A DNA stretch of 64,000 nucleotides from Candidatus Heimdallarchaeota archaeon (GCA_019057375.1 DXJF01000114.1:32001-96000); one strand, 5' to 3'; counted from the first letter of the stretch, positions 8,744 through 19,237 are shown. Program-made: numbers and translations. The notes: generated by a model from the letters alone, not told the origin.

Positions 8744-8770
8744 CTTGTTTTCTTTAAATATTTTTTGTTA
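8744..8770 (-). promoter_or_regulatory. Duplicated tRNA-Val BRE/TATA promoter
   Basis: 26/27 identity to 6478-6504 and the same spacing (~45 nt) to the tRNA 5' end. Confidence 0.6.
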
Positions 8771-9057
8771 CAAATCTATGTTTCACCAATATTTGATATT
8801 TCTCTCTTTTTGGTTCATTAAAATCTTCTTTTTTTTCATTCTAATTATTAATTTGGTTTCTTCTAATTTGCTCGTTTTCTTTAATATTTCCCCCTTAAGA
8901 TACCATTTTGTCAAACTTTCGTTTTTTTCCGACTCAAAATCATATTCCAATCCTTGTTTCTTTTTTCAATATCACTAGGTAACATTTATAAAAACTTCAG
9001 CAGACAATCTATCAAAGGAATAGTGTTAAACTATTCTGTCCACTCGAGTGATTTATT

Positions 9058-11673
9058 ATGGATAAAAGTGTAGCAATGTCTTTAAAAATCGTTGGTTTTC
9101 TCCTTATTCTTACTTCTGCCTGGGTACCTATATATACAATTACATTTGATTCTACAACAACTGAACCTGAACCAATTATTCTTGTTGGTTCTCAGAGCAT
9201 TACTGGAGTCCTTCATAATGTATATTACGAAAATAATCTAGCATTTGTAGTAGATTCAGATACAGGGTTAAATATTGTAAATGTAACTGATGCAACAACA
9301 CCTGAGATTATTGGGACATACAATATTGCAAATGGGGCCAATGGTATATTCGTGAAGGATAACTATGCTTACATTGCAGATACGGTCACAGGATTACAGA
9401 TTGTTAATATTACTGACCCTACTTCACCAACACAAGTTGGTACATATAGTATTACAGGAGGGGCCACTGATGTATTTGTATCAGGAAATTATACTTACAT
9501 TGTAGATTCAACAATAGGGTTTCAAATACTAAATATTAGTGACCCAACAACACCAACACAAGAGGGTGTATTTAGTATTTCAGGGGAAATAAACAGTTTA
9601 ATTGTAAAAGATGAATTCGCATATATTGTAGATTCAGTAACTGGTTTACGTATTCTAAATATTACTGACGCAACTTTACCAAGCTTGGTTGCAACCTTCG
9701 ATGTAAACGAACCAGTATATGATGTAGCTGTTTTAGGAAGTTATGCTTACATTGTTGGTGAAAATATTGGCATACAAGTAGTAAATATAAGTAATCCTCA
9801 ATCTCCCGTTCTCACTAGTTCTTATTATATTGAAGGAAATGTCAATGGAATACATATTGAAAATGAACATGCATATATTGTTGATTCGACTGTTGGAATA
9901 CAAATTGTTTCAATTATAAATCCAGAAGAATTAACTATTGTAGGCTCACAGGAAATTACAGGAGAGATATATGGAATATTCGTAAAAGATGGATATGCAT
10001 ATGTTGTAGGATCAGATCTAGAAATCTTTATAGTAAGACCCAGATCTGAGTATGATTCATCAGGTACACTAGTACGAATCTTCGGTTTCAAAATCGATTA
10101 TAAAATGTTAACTTACAGTAGTGCAAACAACCTCGCTCAAGAACGATTCTTGGAAGCAGAAACACCCAGTAGTGTTGTTATTCTTGCTGCAGCTTTGTGG
10201 TTTATACTAATCTTTGCTACAGCTGCTGTTGTTTTGGGTCAGGTTTTTCAAAGTGGTGGTTTCAAATCGAGGGGCACTATTGCAGATATTGCTGCAGGAA
10301 TTCTTTTACTTTTGGCTCTGGTAGTTGCTATTTTATCAATGAGCAGATCAATGATTATAGCAGCAGAAAGATACCAAGCTTTAGTAACGGGACAAACTGC
10401 AGCCTCAACGGTGCCTCTTACGTTTAACCCGAATGATTCTACACCAGCTTACTTTGACATTGGTTTAACAGGTTCAGTTGGACCAGGATTCTACATATTC
10501 ACCATTGGAATATTAATGATGGTAACTGGTATCTTTCTACCAGTCAATTGGCAACAACCAACCAGCTCCAAAATGTCAAGAAGAATTGGTGATACTGGTG
10601 TTCTTAGATGGGTTAAAAACATAGCATCATTAAGATTAACTACTTATGTTACTAGAAGATTATTAACACTTATTCCTCTCTTCATTGCAATATGTGTGAT
10701 GACATTTGTAATGGTAAACGGAATGGGTGACCCAGTTGCATTATTGCTACTTGGAAAACAAAGAGTAACGGAACAAGATAGGATAAATCTTACTAAAAAA
10801 CTTGGTCTAGATCAGCCCATTTATATTCAATTCGTTACTTGGTTCTATAACCTTATACGAGGGGACATGGGTATAAGTTTCCAATCAGGTCAATCAATTA
10901 ATAATATGATTGGTGGATTAATTTGGGAAACTTTAAAGCTTCAGTTAGCATCATTTGTGCTAGCTTTGCTTATTTCGATACCTTTGGGTGTTTTAGCAGC
11001 AAAGAATCAAAATACTTGGATTGACTCAGCTGCAAGTTCTTTCGCACTCTTAGGTCTCTCAATGCCAATTTTTGTGTTTGGTTTATTAATGATTTATATA
11101 TTCAGCGGATATGGTTTAGGATGGTTCCCAGCTGCAAAAGCTCACCGAATACCAGCGCCCACGCCTGTGTTTAGTCAGACGAACTGGCAATTATTCTGGT
11201 CAGGGCAGTGGGGAGGTGTTGGTGGATTTTGGAATAATGTAGGTGTAAGATTAGGGGATTCACTCCTTCATATGGCTTTACCAACTATAACTTTGACATT
11301 TGCTTTCTTAGCCCTATATACTAGGTTAGTTAGGGCAACAATGCTTGAAGTTCTTAGACAAGATTATGTCTTATCTGCAAGAGCAAATGGAATATCTGAA
11401 AGAACCATTACATGGAGACATGCATTCAGAAATGTTTTGATCCCTGTAGTAACCTATGTTGGGTTGTTTATGGCTACAGCTTTAGCTGGAGCTCCAATTA
11501 CTGAAACACTCTTCACATGGCCGGGTTTAGGATTCAAATATGTAGGTGCGGTGCTTCTTTTGGACTTCCCGATGGTCTTAGGTACGACGGCGATTCTGAC
11601 TTTACTTATCTTACTAGGTAACTTGATAACAGATATTGCTTATGTTGCGGTAGATCCGCGTATAGAACTATGA
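9058..11673 (+). CDS. dppB: Peptide/nickel ABC permease (DppB/OppB) fused to an N-terminal LVIVD-repeat beta-propeller
   Basis: About seven 42-aa repeats (AYIVDSxxGLxIVNITDPxxP); C-terminal RRLLTLIPL, GLDQPIYIQF, QDYVLSARANG (EAA loop) and DPRIEL. Confidence 0.85.
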   Translation: MDKSVAMSLKIVGFLLILTSAWVPIYTITFDSTTTEPEPIILVGSQSITGVLHNVYYENNLAFVVDSDTGLNIVNVTDATTPEIIGTYNIANGANGIFVKDNYAYIADTVTGLQIVNITDPTSPTQVGTYSITGGATDVFVSGNYTYIVDSTIGFQILNISDPTTPTQEGVFSISGEINSLIVKDEFAYIVDSVTGLRILNITDATLPSLVATFDVNEPVYDVAVLGSYAYIVGENIGIQVVNISNPQSPVLTSSYYIEGNVNGIHIENEHAYIVDSTVGIQIVSIINPEELTIVGSQEITGEIYGIFVKDGYAYVVGSDLEIFIVRPRSEYDSSGTLVRIFGFKIDYKMLTYSSANNLAQERFLEAETPSSVVILAAALWFILIFATAAVVLGQVFQSGGFKSRGTIADIAAGILLLLALVVAILSMSRSMIIAAERYQALVTGQTAASTVPLTFNPNDSTPAYFDIGLTGSVGPGFYIFTIGILMMVTGIFLPVNWQQPTSSKMSRRIGDTGVLRWVKNIASLRLTTYVTRRLLTLIPLFIAICVMTFVMVNGMGDPVALLLLGKQRVTEQDRINLTKKLGLDQPIYIQFVTWFYNLIRGDMGISFQSGQSINNMIGGLIWETLKLQLASFVLALLISIPLGVLAAKNQNTWIDSAASSFALLGLSMPIFVFGLLMIYIFSGYGLGWFPAAKAHRIPAPTPVFSQTNWQLFWSGQWGGVGGFWNNVGVRLGDSLLHMALPTITLTFAFLALYTRLVRATMLEVLRQDYVLSARANGISERTITWRHAFRNVLIPVVTYVGLFMATALAGAPITETLFTWPGLGFKYVGAVLLLDFPMVLGTTAILTLLILLGNLITDIAYVAVDPRIEL

Positions 11674-11690
11674 TAAACAGGTGATATGAG

Positions 11691-12968
11691 TTGCAAAAAG
11701 CTAAGAAAACACAAAAAGGGTCTTTTTCTAAAAGACTTGATAATTACTTAGTGGAAAAAAGGTTACCAAGATCTATGTCTTGGGCTGGAGCACTCGCTGT
11801 GCTCTGGCAGCACTACTACCTTAACTATATCATACAATTCTTAGGGATTATCTTAATATTTGGAATTGGATTACCATATGGTCTTAGAGCATTCGGAGTT
11901 TCCATGAGTGTAGACGGTGTTCGACTAGGACCAATTGGATCTCCATTCGCATATCTTATCTATATAGGAATCGTAGCATTAGTATGGGTTGGTGTAAAGG
12001 TAGGTTGGAGATATTACCAGAAGGTAACTGGTAAGAAAGAAATGATTATTGCAAAAGATGGAACTCTTCGAGAAAGAAGTCCTTCTCAATGGACACTTGT
12101 TTGGAGAAGATATAAGAAAAACAAAGTTGCAGTCTTATCTGCTACTCTCGTAGTTGGAATCACAATTCTGGCAATTACTTATCCAATCTTGATGCCCTTT
12201 AGCCCTGTAGGAACTTCCCCCCTGTTTGATGCATGGAATGGAGGTGGTTCTTTAGCTAATCCAAATCTAAAGTATCCTGGAGGAACAGATATTCTTGGAA
12301 GAGATGAATTCTCAAGGTTACTTGCTGGTAGTGAAGTTTCCTTAACTGTAGGATTATTCTCAACTGTGATGTCTGTTCTAATAGGAGTAACATTAGGTGC
12401 CCTTGCTGGATACTATAGAGGATGGACTGAAGAAATTATTATGAGAATTACAGACATGTTTCTCGCTCTACCATTTCTTGTAATAGCAATTCTAGCAGTT
12501 TCATTCATCAGAAGAGGAAGATTAGTTTTTTTGAGACGGATACCACAATCAATAGTTATTATTATTGTACTAGGAATATTTGGTTGGGCAGGACTATGTA
12601 GGTTAGTCACAGCTAACACGAAGCAGATTTACAACTTAGATTATGTAAATGCTGCAAGAGTATTAGGAGCAAGTAATCGGAGAATCATTTTAGTCCATAT
12701 ACTACCGAATATTTTAGCTCCTATCATTGTTATTGCCACAATATCCATTGCAGGAGGAATTCTCTCAGAAGCAGGATTAACCTTTTTAGGTTTAGGAAGT
12801 CCAACAACGATTTCTTGGGGACAGATGGTTAATGAAGCACAAACGGTTCTTAAAACGAACCCAGAATTAGCGCTTCTACCAGGATTCGCAATATTCTTTG
12901 TAGTACTGGCATTCAACTTGCTAGGAGACGCATTAAGAGATGCGCTAGATCCAAGATTAAGAGAGTGA
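11691..12968 (+). CDS. dppC: Peptide ABC permease DppC/OppC
   Basis: GTDILGRDEFSRL, DYVNAARVLGAS, HILPN, FNLLGDALRDALDPR. Confidence 0.9.
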   Translation: MQKAKKTQKGSFSKRLDNYLVEKRLPRSMSWAGALAVLWQHYYLNYIIQFLGIILIFGIGLPYGLRAFGVSMSVDGVRLGPIGSPFAYLIYIGIVALVWVGVKVGWRYYQKVTGKKEMIIAKDGTLRERSPSQWTLVWRRYKKNKVAVLSATLVVGITILAITYPILMPFSPVGTSPLFDAWNGGGSLANPNLKYPGGTDILGRDEFSRLLAGSEVSLTVGLFSTVMSVLIGVTLGALAGYYRGWTEEIIMRITDMFLALPFLVIAILAVSFIRRGRLVFLRRIPQSIVIIIVLGIFGWAGLCRLVTANTKQIYNLDYVNAARVLGASNRRIILVHILPNILAPIIVIATISIAGGILSEAGLTFLGLGSPTTISWGQMVNEAQTVLKTNPELALLPGFAIFFVVLAFNLLGDALRDALDPRLRE

Positions 12969-12972
12969 TACA

Positions 12973-14007
12973 ATGGCACAAAATAAAAAAATACTAGACG
13001 CACGAAATATTTACACATACTTCTATACTGAGAGCGGTGTTGTTGAAGCCTTAGATGGTGTTTCCTTCGATGTTAATTATGGTGAACCTGTAGGTATTGT
13101 TGGAGAATCAGGCTGTGGTAAAACAGTCACTGCTCACTCCACTTTACGTATCTTACCTAAAAATGGTAAAACTGTTGCTGGTGATATAATCTACAAGGGT
13201 GTTAACCTTCTTGATTTACCTGATCTTCAAATGAGAAGGATACGTGGTAAAGAAATTGCTATGATTTTCCAAGATCCTATGACAAGCTTGAATCCAATTT
13301 TCAAAGTATCAGATCAGATGACTGAAGTTATTGCTTTGCATAGAAAATGCAATAAGAAAGAAGCTTTAGAGATTGCTATTGAAACTCTTGATCAAGTAGG
13401 AATTTCCGAAGCTGAAAAACGTATTACTGATTATCCTCACCAATTTAGTGGAGGAATGCGTCAGAGAATTCTCATAGCCAGAGCACTTGCTCTTCAACCC
13501 AGTCTTTTGATTGCTGATGAACCTACAACTGCTTTAGATGTTACAATTCAAGCACAGGTTCTTGAAATCATCAAAGAGATGCAAAAAAAACTAGGGTTAG
13601 CTATGATGCTCATTACTCACAATCTTGGAGTTGTTGCAGAGACTACAAAGCGAGTTCATATTTTCTATGGTGGTCGTGTCGTTGAATCTGGACCAACAGA
13701 AGAGATATTCCTTGATCCCAAACATCCATACACATATGCACTCTTTGAAAGTATTCCATCTCTGGAAAAAGACAAGACACGTCTTGAAACGATTCCTGGT
13801 AATGTACCAAGATTGATTAATCCTCCAAAGGGATGTCGTTTCCACCCGAGATGTAAATATGCAACTGAAATTTGTTCTCGTGTTCGACCTCCTGAATTTA
13901 AGTTTGGCAAGGGTCGTCGTGTTGCTTGTCATCATTTCGAGGAACTAGATTTGCATATAGATATGGAATCTATACGTGAGAGTAAGGCTATAAAGGAGGA
14001 AGCATGA
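12973..14007 (+). CDS. dppD: Peptide ABC ATPase DppD/OppD
   Basis: GESGCGKT, YPHQFSGGMRQR, LIADEPTTALD, C-terminal GCRFHPRC. Confidence 0.92.
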   Translation: MAQNKKILDARNIYTYFYTESGVVEALDGVSFDVNYGEPVGIVGESGCGKTVTAHSTLRILPKNGKTVAGDIIYKGVNLLDLPDLQMRRIRGKEIAMIFQDPMTSLNPIFKVSDQMTEVIALHRKCNKKEALEIAIETLDQVGISEAEKRITDYPHQFSGGMRQRILIARALALQPSLLIADEPTTALDVTIQAQVLEIIKEMQKKLGLAMMLITHNLGVVAETTKRVHIFYGGRVVESGPTEEIFLDPKHPYTYALFESIPSLEKDKTRLETIPGNVPRLINPPKGCRFHPRCKYATEICSRVRPPEFKFGKGRRVACHHFEELDLHIDMESIRESKAIKEEA

Positions 14008-14008
14008 A

Positions 14009-15046
14009 ATGACAACGCTTGAAGAATATGAAACAATTGATCTCTTCTCTAATTGGGACCAAAAAACACAACCTATTATAACAATTGATAACCTAAAGAA
14101 ATGGTTTCCTGTAAGTCAACAGTCAGTCCTTTTCTCTCGAGTGGTTGCAAATATTAAGGCTGTTGATGGGGTAAACCTATTTCTTAACAAAGGTGAAACT
14201 CTGGGTCTAGTTGGTGAATCAGGCTGTGGTAAAAGTACAACAGCCAGAGTTATTGTCAAGTTAGAAAAACCTACTGAGGGTTCTATTTATTTCAAAGGAA
14301 TAGACATCTTCCAACCTATGTCTCGTGAAGAAGAACTAGCAGTTAAACGTCAATTACAGATGGTTTTCCAAGATCCTTATTCCAGTTTGAATCCAAGGAG
14401 AATGGTTCTTGATTTAATCAAAGAGCCTTTTGATATACATTATCCAGATATGCTCTATGAAGAAAAAGAATCAAGAGTCCTTGAAATTCTTGCAAAGGTA
14501 GGATTAGAAGATTACCATGCTTTAAGATATCCTCACGAATTCAGTGGTGGTCAAAGACAAAGATTAGGGATTGCAAGGGCTTTAGCAATTCACCCAGAAG
14601 TAATTTTGTTAGATGAACCAGTTTCAGCTCTTGATGTCTCTGTGCAGGCACAAATCCTGAATCTTCTACATGACTTGCAAAAGGATTTCGATCTAACTTT
14701 CATGTTTATTGCACATGATCTCAGTGTTATCAAACATGTCTCAGATAGAGTAGCAGTAATGTACCTAGGAAAAATCATGGAAATGTGTCCAACAGGAGAA
14801 TTGTTTCGTAAGACAGCTCATCCCTATTCAGTATCTTTGCTTTCAGCTATTCCTCGTCCAGATCCTCGTATAAAAATGGATCGTATAATTCTTGAGGGTG
14901 ATGTTCCAAGTGCAATTAATCCTCCTACAGGATGTCCATTTCACCCAAGATGTTACAAGGCTCAAGAGATATGCTCAAAAGTTACTCCTCAATTAGAAGA
15001 ACTAGAACCAAATCACTACGTTTCATGTCATTTTCCAGAAATTTAA
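14009..15046 (+). CDS. dppF: Peptide ABC ATPase DppF/OppF
   Basis: GESGCGKST, YPHEFSGGQRQR, LDEPVSALD, GCPFHPRC. Confidence 0.92.
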   Translation: MTTLEEYETIDLFSNWDQKTQPIITIDNLKKWFPVSQQSVLFSRVVANIKAVDGVNLFLNKGETLGLVGESGCGKSTTARVIVKLEKPTEGSIYFKGIDIFQPMSREEELAVKRQLQMVFQDPYSSLNPRRMVLDLIKEPFDIHYPDMLYEEKESRVLEILAKVGLEDYHALRYPHEFSGGQRQRLGIARALAIHPEVILLDEPVSALDVSVQAQILNLLHDLQKDFDLTFMFIAHDLSVIKHVSDRVAVMYLGKIMEMCPTGELFRKTAHPYSVSLLSAIPRPDPRIKMDRIILEGDVPSAINPPTGCPFHPRCYKAQEICSKVTPQLEELEPNHYVSCHFPEI

Positions 15047-15132
15047 TTTGTTACTTTTTTCTTTTCTTTTTATTTTTGAATTAACTCTGAACAATAGAGA
15101 GTTTTTTAACTTTCTTAGGTAACAACCCCATA

Positions 15133-15711
15133 ATGCACGTGTCACAATATTTCAAGAAACGAACTTATACTTTCAAAGCATTCAGGCGAGACGTTTCAAA
15201 AATATTTAGAAATAGATCTCAGATTAGAGAATCTAGGAAAACAGAAAGATTGTCTCCACAGTTCAGAGAGCGAATTATGTTAGCAGTAACAGCTGTTAAT
15301 GGTTGTAGATATTGTGAGTGGGGTCACACAAAAGCAGCATTAAATCTTGGGTGTACAGAAGAAGAAATAGAACAGATTATGAAACACGATTTCGGTTCTT
15401 GTGACCCTGATGAAGTTATAGGTCTTGCTTATGCCCAACATTATGCTGAATCAGGTGGATCACCAGCAGAAGACGCAAAACAGAAATTATTGGAATTTTA
15501 TGGTGAACAGAAGGCTCGAGACATTCAACTATACATAGATATGGTTACAATAGGGAACTTACTTGGAAATACAGTAGATGCTTTTGAAAGTAGACTAAAG
15601 GGTTTACCACCAGAAAATGGATCGTTTCTATTTGAGTTGTTACTCTATTCCTTAGGTTTTCCTTTTGTTATTATCTTCAATAGAAAAGAGAAAAAGAAAC
15701 GTAAAAATTAG
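15133..15711 (+). CDS. Carboxymuconolactone decarboxylase/AhpD-family protein
   Basis: RERIMLAVTAVNGCRYCEWGH (CxxC...H). Confidence 0.85.
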   Translation: MHVSQYFKKRTYTFKAFRRDVSKIFRNRSQIRESRKTERLSPQFRERIMLAVTAVNGCRYCEWGHTKAALNLGCTEEEIEQIMKHDFGSCDPDEVIGLAYAQHYAESGGSPAEDAKQKLLEFYGEQKARDIQLYIDMVTIGNLLGNTVDAFESRLKGLPPENGSFLFELLLYSLGFPFVIIFNRKEKKKRKN

Positions 15712-16742
15712 TAGCCTTCTTCAAGATTTACCTCATTCAAGAATTTCTTCTTACCTTTTGCAAATCTACGTAAATTTTCTATTTGTTCATCCCATCTTTT
15801 TAGATCACCCATAGGTGATGCACCTCTATGAGGGGACACAATGACATTGTCTAGTTCATGAAAAGGATATGAGGAAGGATATTTTTTCCCTTTGTCATCT
15901 TCTTCTGGTTGATAATTGTACCAAACATCGATAGCAGCACCAGTTATTTTGCTTTCCTTCAGGGCTTCAAATAAACTCTTCTCTTCAATGATTGGTCCTC
16001 TACCTATATTAACAAGTAAACTATCTTCTCCCAGTAAGTCAAGTTCTTTTTCTTGGATTAAACCTTCGGTTACAGATGTTAAAGGTAAGGCAACAACTAG
16101 AATATCAATTTCTCTTAGGAATTTCGGAAGATCCTCAAAAGAATACTGCTCTGCAGGAGTGACTAAAGGTTCCATTTGTTTGCTCCAATTATTTCTTAGA
16201 ATGGAAAAATCGATATCGAATCCAGACAGAAAAGTGTGTACTAATCTATTAACTGCTCCATATCCTAGTAAACCTACTTTTCTTCCACGTAGAGGTATAG
16301 AAGTAGCAAATGAATCGCCTCGTCTCCAATGACCCTCAACCATCCAATTATGGTGAAGAATAACCTTGTTCATTAGAGCCAATAAGATTGCTACAACATG
16401 TTGTGCAGTAAAGTAGGCATTACCATGTCCATTGACTAAAGTTATCTTTCTATTTGTTGTTACTTCTCTGAAAAGAGGAACAAGATGTTGTACTCCTGCT
16501 CCTGGATTAATGAAAAGTTGAAGCTTGGTAGCTGCATTAAGTAATTCTTTAGAGGGACGCCACCCCATTATTATATCAGCTTCTGGAACAAGTTCTAGCA
16601 AATTTTGTTCAGAAAGATCTTCAGGAAAAACTAGATTGACATTGGGATATCCTTTTAGTCCTTCTTCCAGATAATTTCTTAAAATATCGTTTGGTTTCCA
16701 GATACAAAGAACACTTACTTCTTTTTCACTCATTATTGACAT
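15708..16742 (-). CDS. D-isomer 2-hydroxyacid dehydrogenase family
   Basis: LLGYGAVN, LVNIGRGPII, AAIDVWY, SPHRG. Confidence 0.88.
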   Translation of the reverse strand: MSIMSEKEVSVLCIWKPNDILRNYLEEGLKGYPNVNLVFPEDLSEQNLLELVPEADIIMGWRPSKELLNAATKLQLFINPGAGVQHLVPLFREVTTNRKITLVNGHGNAYFTAQHVVAILLALMNKVILHHNWMVEGHWRRGDSFATSIPLRGRKVGLLGYGAVNRLVHTFLSGFDIDFSILRNNWSKQMEPLVTPAEQYSFEDLPKFLREIDILVVALPLTSVTEGLIQEKELDLLGEDSLLVNIGRGPIIEEKSLFEALKESKITGAAIDVWYNYQPEEDDKGKKYPSSYPFHELDNVIVSPHRGASPMGDLKRWDEQIENLRRFAKGKKKFLNEVNLEEGY

Positions 16743-16862
16743 GAAAAGATTACTTGATTTTAACCTTTAGTTTATAACTGCCTATGTATCTTACTAATTG
16801 ATAACTAGAAGAGTGTATGAAAATGTCAAGGGTAAAGATATCTGTTATTAAAAATAGTTCAG

Positions 16863-17720
16863 GTGATTAAAATGAAATTTGGTTATACATTAGAAAACTT
16901 TGACATGAATTTAGAAAGAGATTTATTAATTGAAACTGCTAAAATTGCAGAAAAAGCAGGTTTTGAATCTCTTTGGACTGTTGATCATATCATGCAATCT
17001 GATGAAAAAGGTTTGACAATCTATGGAAATACTACTACTGCACTCTACAATAATATTGCTGAACCCTTAACAACGATAGCTTTTCTCGCAGGACATACAA
17101 ATAAAATTAAATTTGGAGTTTCTACTCTAGTTCTTCCTATAAGGAATCCCATTATTGTTGCTAAACAGTTAGCTACTTTAGATTATTTAACTAATGGAAG
17201 AATTGTAATGACATTCGGTGCGGGATGGAATGAATCTGAATTTGGCTTTCTTGGAGAAAATTACAAGAAACGAGGAAGCAAACTTCGAGAATGTCTTCAG
17301 ATTATAAGAGCCTTATGGAATGGTGAAACTTCATTTGAAGGAAATTATTATCAATTCCAAAACGTATGTTTCCAGCCATTAAGACCTGAACTTTCCAAAT
17401 TACCCTTAATTGTCGCAGGAACATCTGACTATATGATAGAAACAGCAATAGTATATGGTGATGGGTTACATCCAGCTGGTGCAAGTGGGCAGGAAATCAA
17501 ACAGATAATTGCACCTTATCAAGATAGATTAAATGGTAGAGATTTCTATTTATCAGTTCATGTTGACATTTACAGAGATACGAATCTGGAAAAATTAGTT
17601 AACGATTATGAAGAAAATGGAATTCATAGAGTCATTTTTGATCTATCCAGAGGAGATATCAAGCCAGAAGAAAGAATAGAGTTTCTAGAACGATTAAGTG
17701 ATTATGTAAGAAACTTTTAA
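16863..17720 (+). CDS. LLM-class (F420/flavin-dependent) oxidoreductase
   Basis: AEKAGFESLWTVDH, EPLTTIAFLAGHT, LPIRNPIIVAKQLATLD, GAGWNESEF. Confidence 0.85.
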   Translation: MIKMKFGYTLENFDMNLERDLLIETAKIAEKAGFESLWTVDHIMQSDEKGLTIYGNTTTALYNNIAEPLTTIAFLAGHTNKIKFGVSTLVLPIRNPIIVAKQLATLDYLTNGRIVMTFGAGWNESEFGFLGENYKKRGSKLRECLQIIRALWNGETSFEGNYYQFQNVCFQPLRPELSKLPLIVAGTSDYMIETAIVYGDGLHPAGASGQEIKQIIAPYQDRLNGRDFYLSVHVDIYRDTNLEKLVNDYEENGIHRVIFDLSRGDIKPEERIEFLERLSDYVRNF

Positions 17721-17747
17721 ACTATTTGTGAATCAAATGTCATTTAG

Positions 17748-19040
17748 ATGATGTTTGATAAAGAATTAATTGAGCAAATTAGAACAGCCTTTCCTAGAGC
17801 AGTTTCTGATTTCAATGGACGGAAGCGTGCTTTCTTTGATAATGGTACAGCAACACTTGTTGTTGATAAAGCAGCAAAAGCTGAAACTGAAGCTCGAATC
17901 AATTGGAGTGCTAATGTAGGTGGTATTTTTGACGAGTCCAGAAAAGCAAGTGAAATTATCCTTGCGGGGAGACAATCGGTAGCAGATTTCTTAAACACTC
18001 CCGACCCATCAACTATCATCTCTGGAGAATCTGCGACTTCATTGCTCTTTAACTTAAGCTACGCTCTTGGCAAAGAACTTACTGGTAATGAAAATGTTGT
18101 TACAACAGATTATGAGCATTATACTAACGTAGACCCTTGGGTAGAACTGAATAAACGTGGAAAAATCAAGCAGGTTCGATTTACCAAGCTGAATATGGAA
18201 GAAGGTACACTCAATATGGATCACTTACAAGAATTGATAGATTCTAACACAAAAATTGTTACCATTACAGCTGCTTCGAACATGCTGGGAACAAAAAGTC
18301 CTTCAGAAAAGATTGGAAAATTGGCACGAGAAGTTGGTGCACACTTTATAGTGGATGCAGTACATCACATTCCTCATGGCCCAACTGATGTTCAAGCTTT
18401 AGACTGTGACTTTCTTGTTTTTTCAGGATACAAACTCTTTACTTCTCATGGTAGTTTTCTCTATGGTAAGAAAGAGCATCTTGAAGATCTTCAACCTTTC
18501 AAGGTAAGAACAGCTCCCAAAACTTCTCCTGGCAAATTCGAGTGGGGAACCAGGAATCAAGCAACATTCGCAGCTTTTAGTGGTGTTATTGATCATTTTC
18601 TTTGGTTATCAAAAGAAGTTCAATCCAAGTACGAAAATGAATTCTCGAATTTTGATGAAAATAAGCGTGCATTGAAGATTGCAATGGATGCAATAGAACA
18701 GTACGAAACAGAATTTTCCAAAGCCATCCTTACTGGATTTGATGACATCCCAGGTTTGCTAGACATGCCAAAAGTAACAGTATACGGATTGACTGACCTA
18801 AACCGATTAGACGAAAGAGACCCAACCTTTTCCTTTGAAGTAGAAAACATTCCTGAAGAAGAAGTAGTTAAACGCCTTTGGAAGGAAGGAGGGATAGCTG
18901 CTCGCGCAGGTCACTATTATTCATATGCTCAAGATATCTATAATAAGCAGAAGATTATCAGAATTAGTTTAGTTCACTACAATACAATAGAAGAAATCAG
19001 GCTATTCTTGAAAACCTTGGATTCAATATGCAAATCATGA
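17748..19040 (+). CDS. Class V aminotransferase, cysteine-desulfurase-like subfamily lacking the catalytic Cys
   Basis: VDAVH, FSGYK (PLP lysine), RISLVHYNT; RAGHYYS where SufS has RxGHHC. Confidence 0.8.
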   Translation: MMFDKELIEQIRTAFPRAVSDFNGRKRAFFDNGTATLVVDKAAKAETEARINWSANVGGIFDESRKASEIILAGRQSVADFLNTPDPSTIISGESATSLLFNLSYALGKELTGNENVVTTDYEHYTNVDPWVELNKRGKIKQVRFTKLNMEEGTLNMDHLQELIDSNTKIVTITAASNMLGTKSPSEKIGKLAREVGAHFIVDAVHHIPHGPTDVQALDCDFLVFSGYKLFTSHGSFLYGKKEHLEDLQPFKVRTAPKTSPGKFEWGTRNQATFAAFSGVIDHFLWLSKEVQSKYENEFSNFDENKRALKIAMDAIEQYETEFSKAILTGFDDIPGLLDMPKVTVYGLTDLNRLDERDPTFSFEVENIPEEEVVKRLWKEGGIAARAGHYYSYAQDIYNKQKIIRISLVHYNTIEEIRLFLKTLDSICKS

Positions 19041-19080
19041 TAACACTCAACTCTAACAGAAATAAGTTAGATGGAAAAAG

Positions 19081-19166
19081 GAAGCTAGCGCTACTAAGCT
19101 TGCCATATCATTAATAAGAATGCAACGTCTGAACCACCAAGCAGAGTAGGCAAGCTAGCTTCAGAA
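19081..19166. repeat. Dispersed ~80-nt repeat bounded by GAAGCTAGC inverted repeats (copy 1)
   Basis: Shares GAAGCTAGCG, AATGC, GAA, CACCA, GCAGA and AGCTAGCTTCAGAA, in that order, with 36856-36935. Confidence 0.7.
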
Positions 19167-19237
19167 GGATATGAAGAAAAGAGTATAAAAACACAAAAAA
19201 ATTGAAACAATAATTGTAATTAAGAAAGAAGGAAGGA

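Noticed and set aside
8652-8978. 108-aa ORF downstream of tnpB
   Set aside because: Overlaps the tRNA fragment antisense and T-rich promoter sequence; low-complexity Phe/Ser/Leu translation, likely spurious.
6500-9050. CRISPR array next to the Cas12f-like ORF
   Set aside because: No regularly spaced repeats on either side; the only repeats are the tRNA/promoter duplication. The same holds around 42873-44477.
9180-10030. DNA tandem repeats in the dppB 5' region
   Set aside because: Explained by the protein-level LVIVD repeats; reported under that gene.
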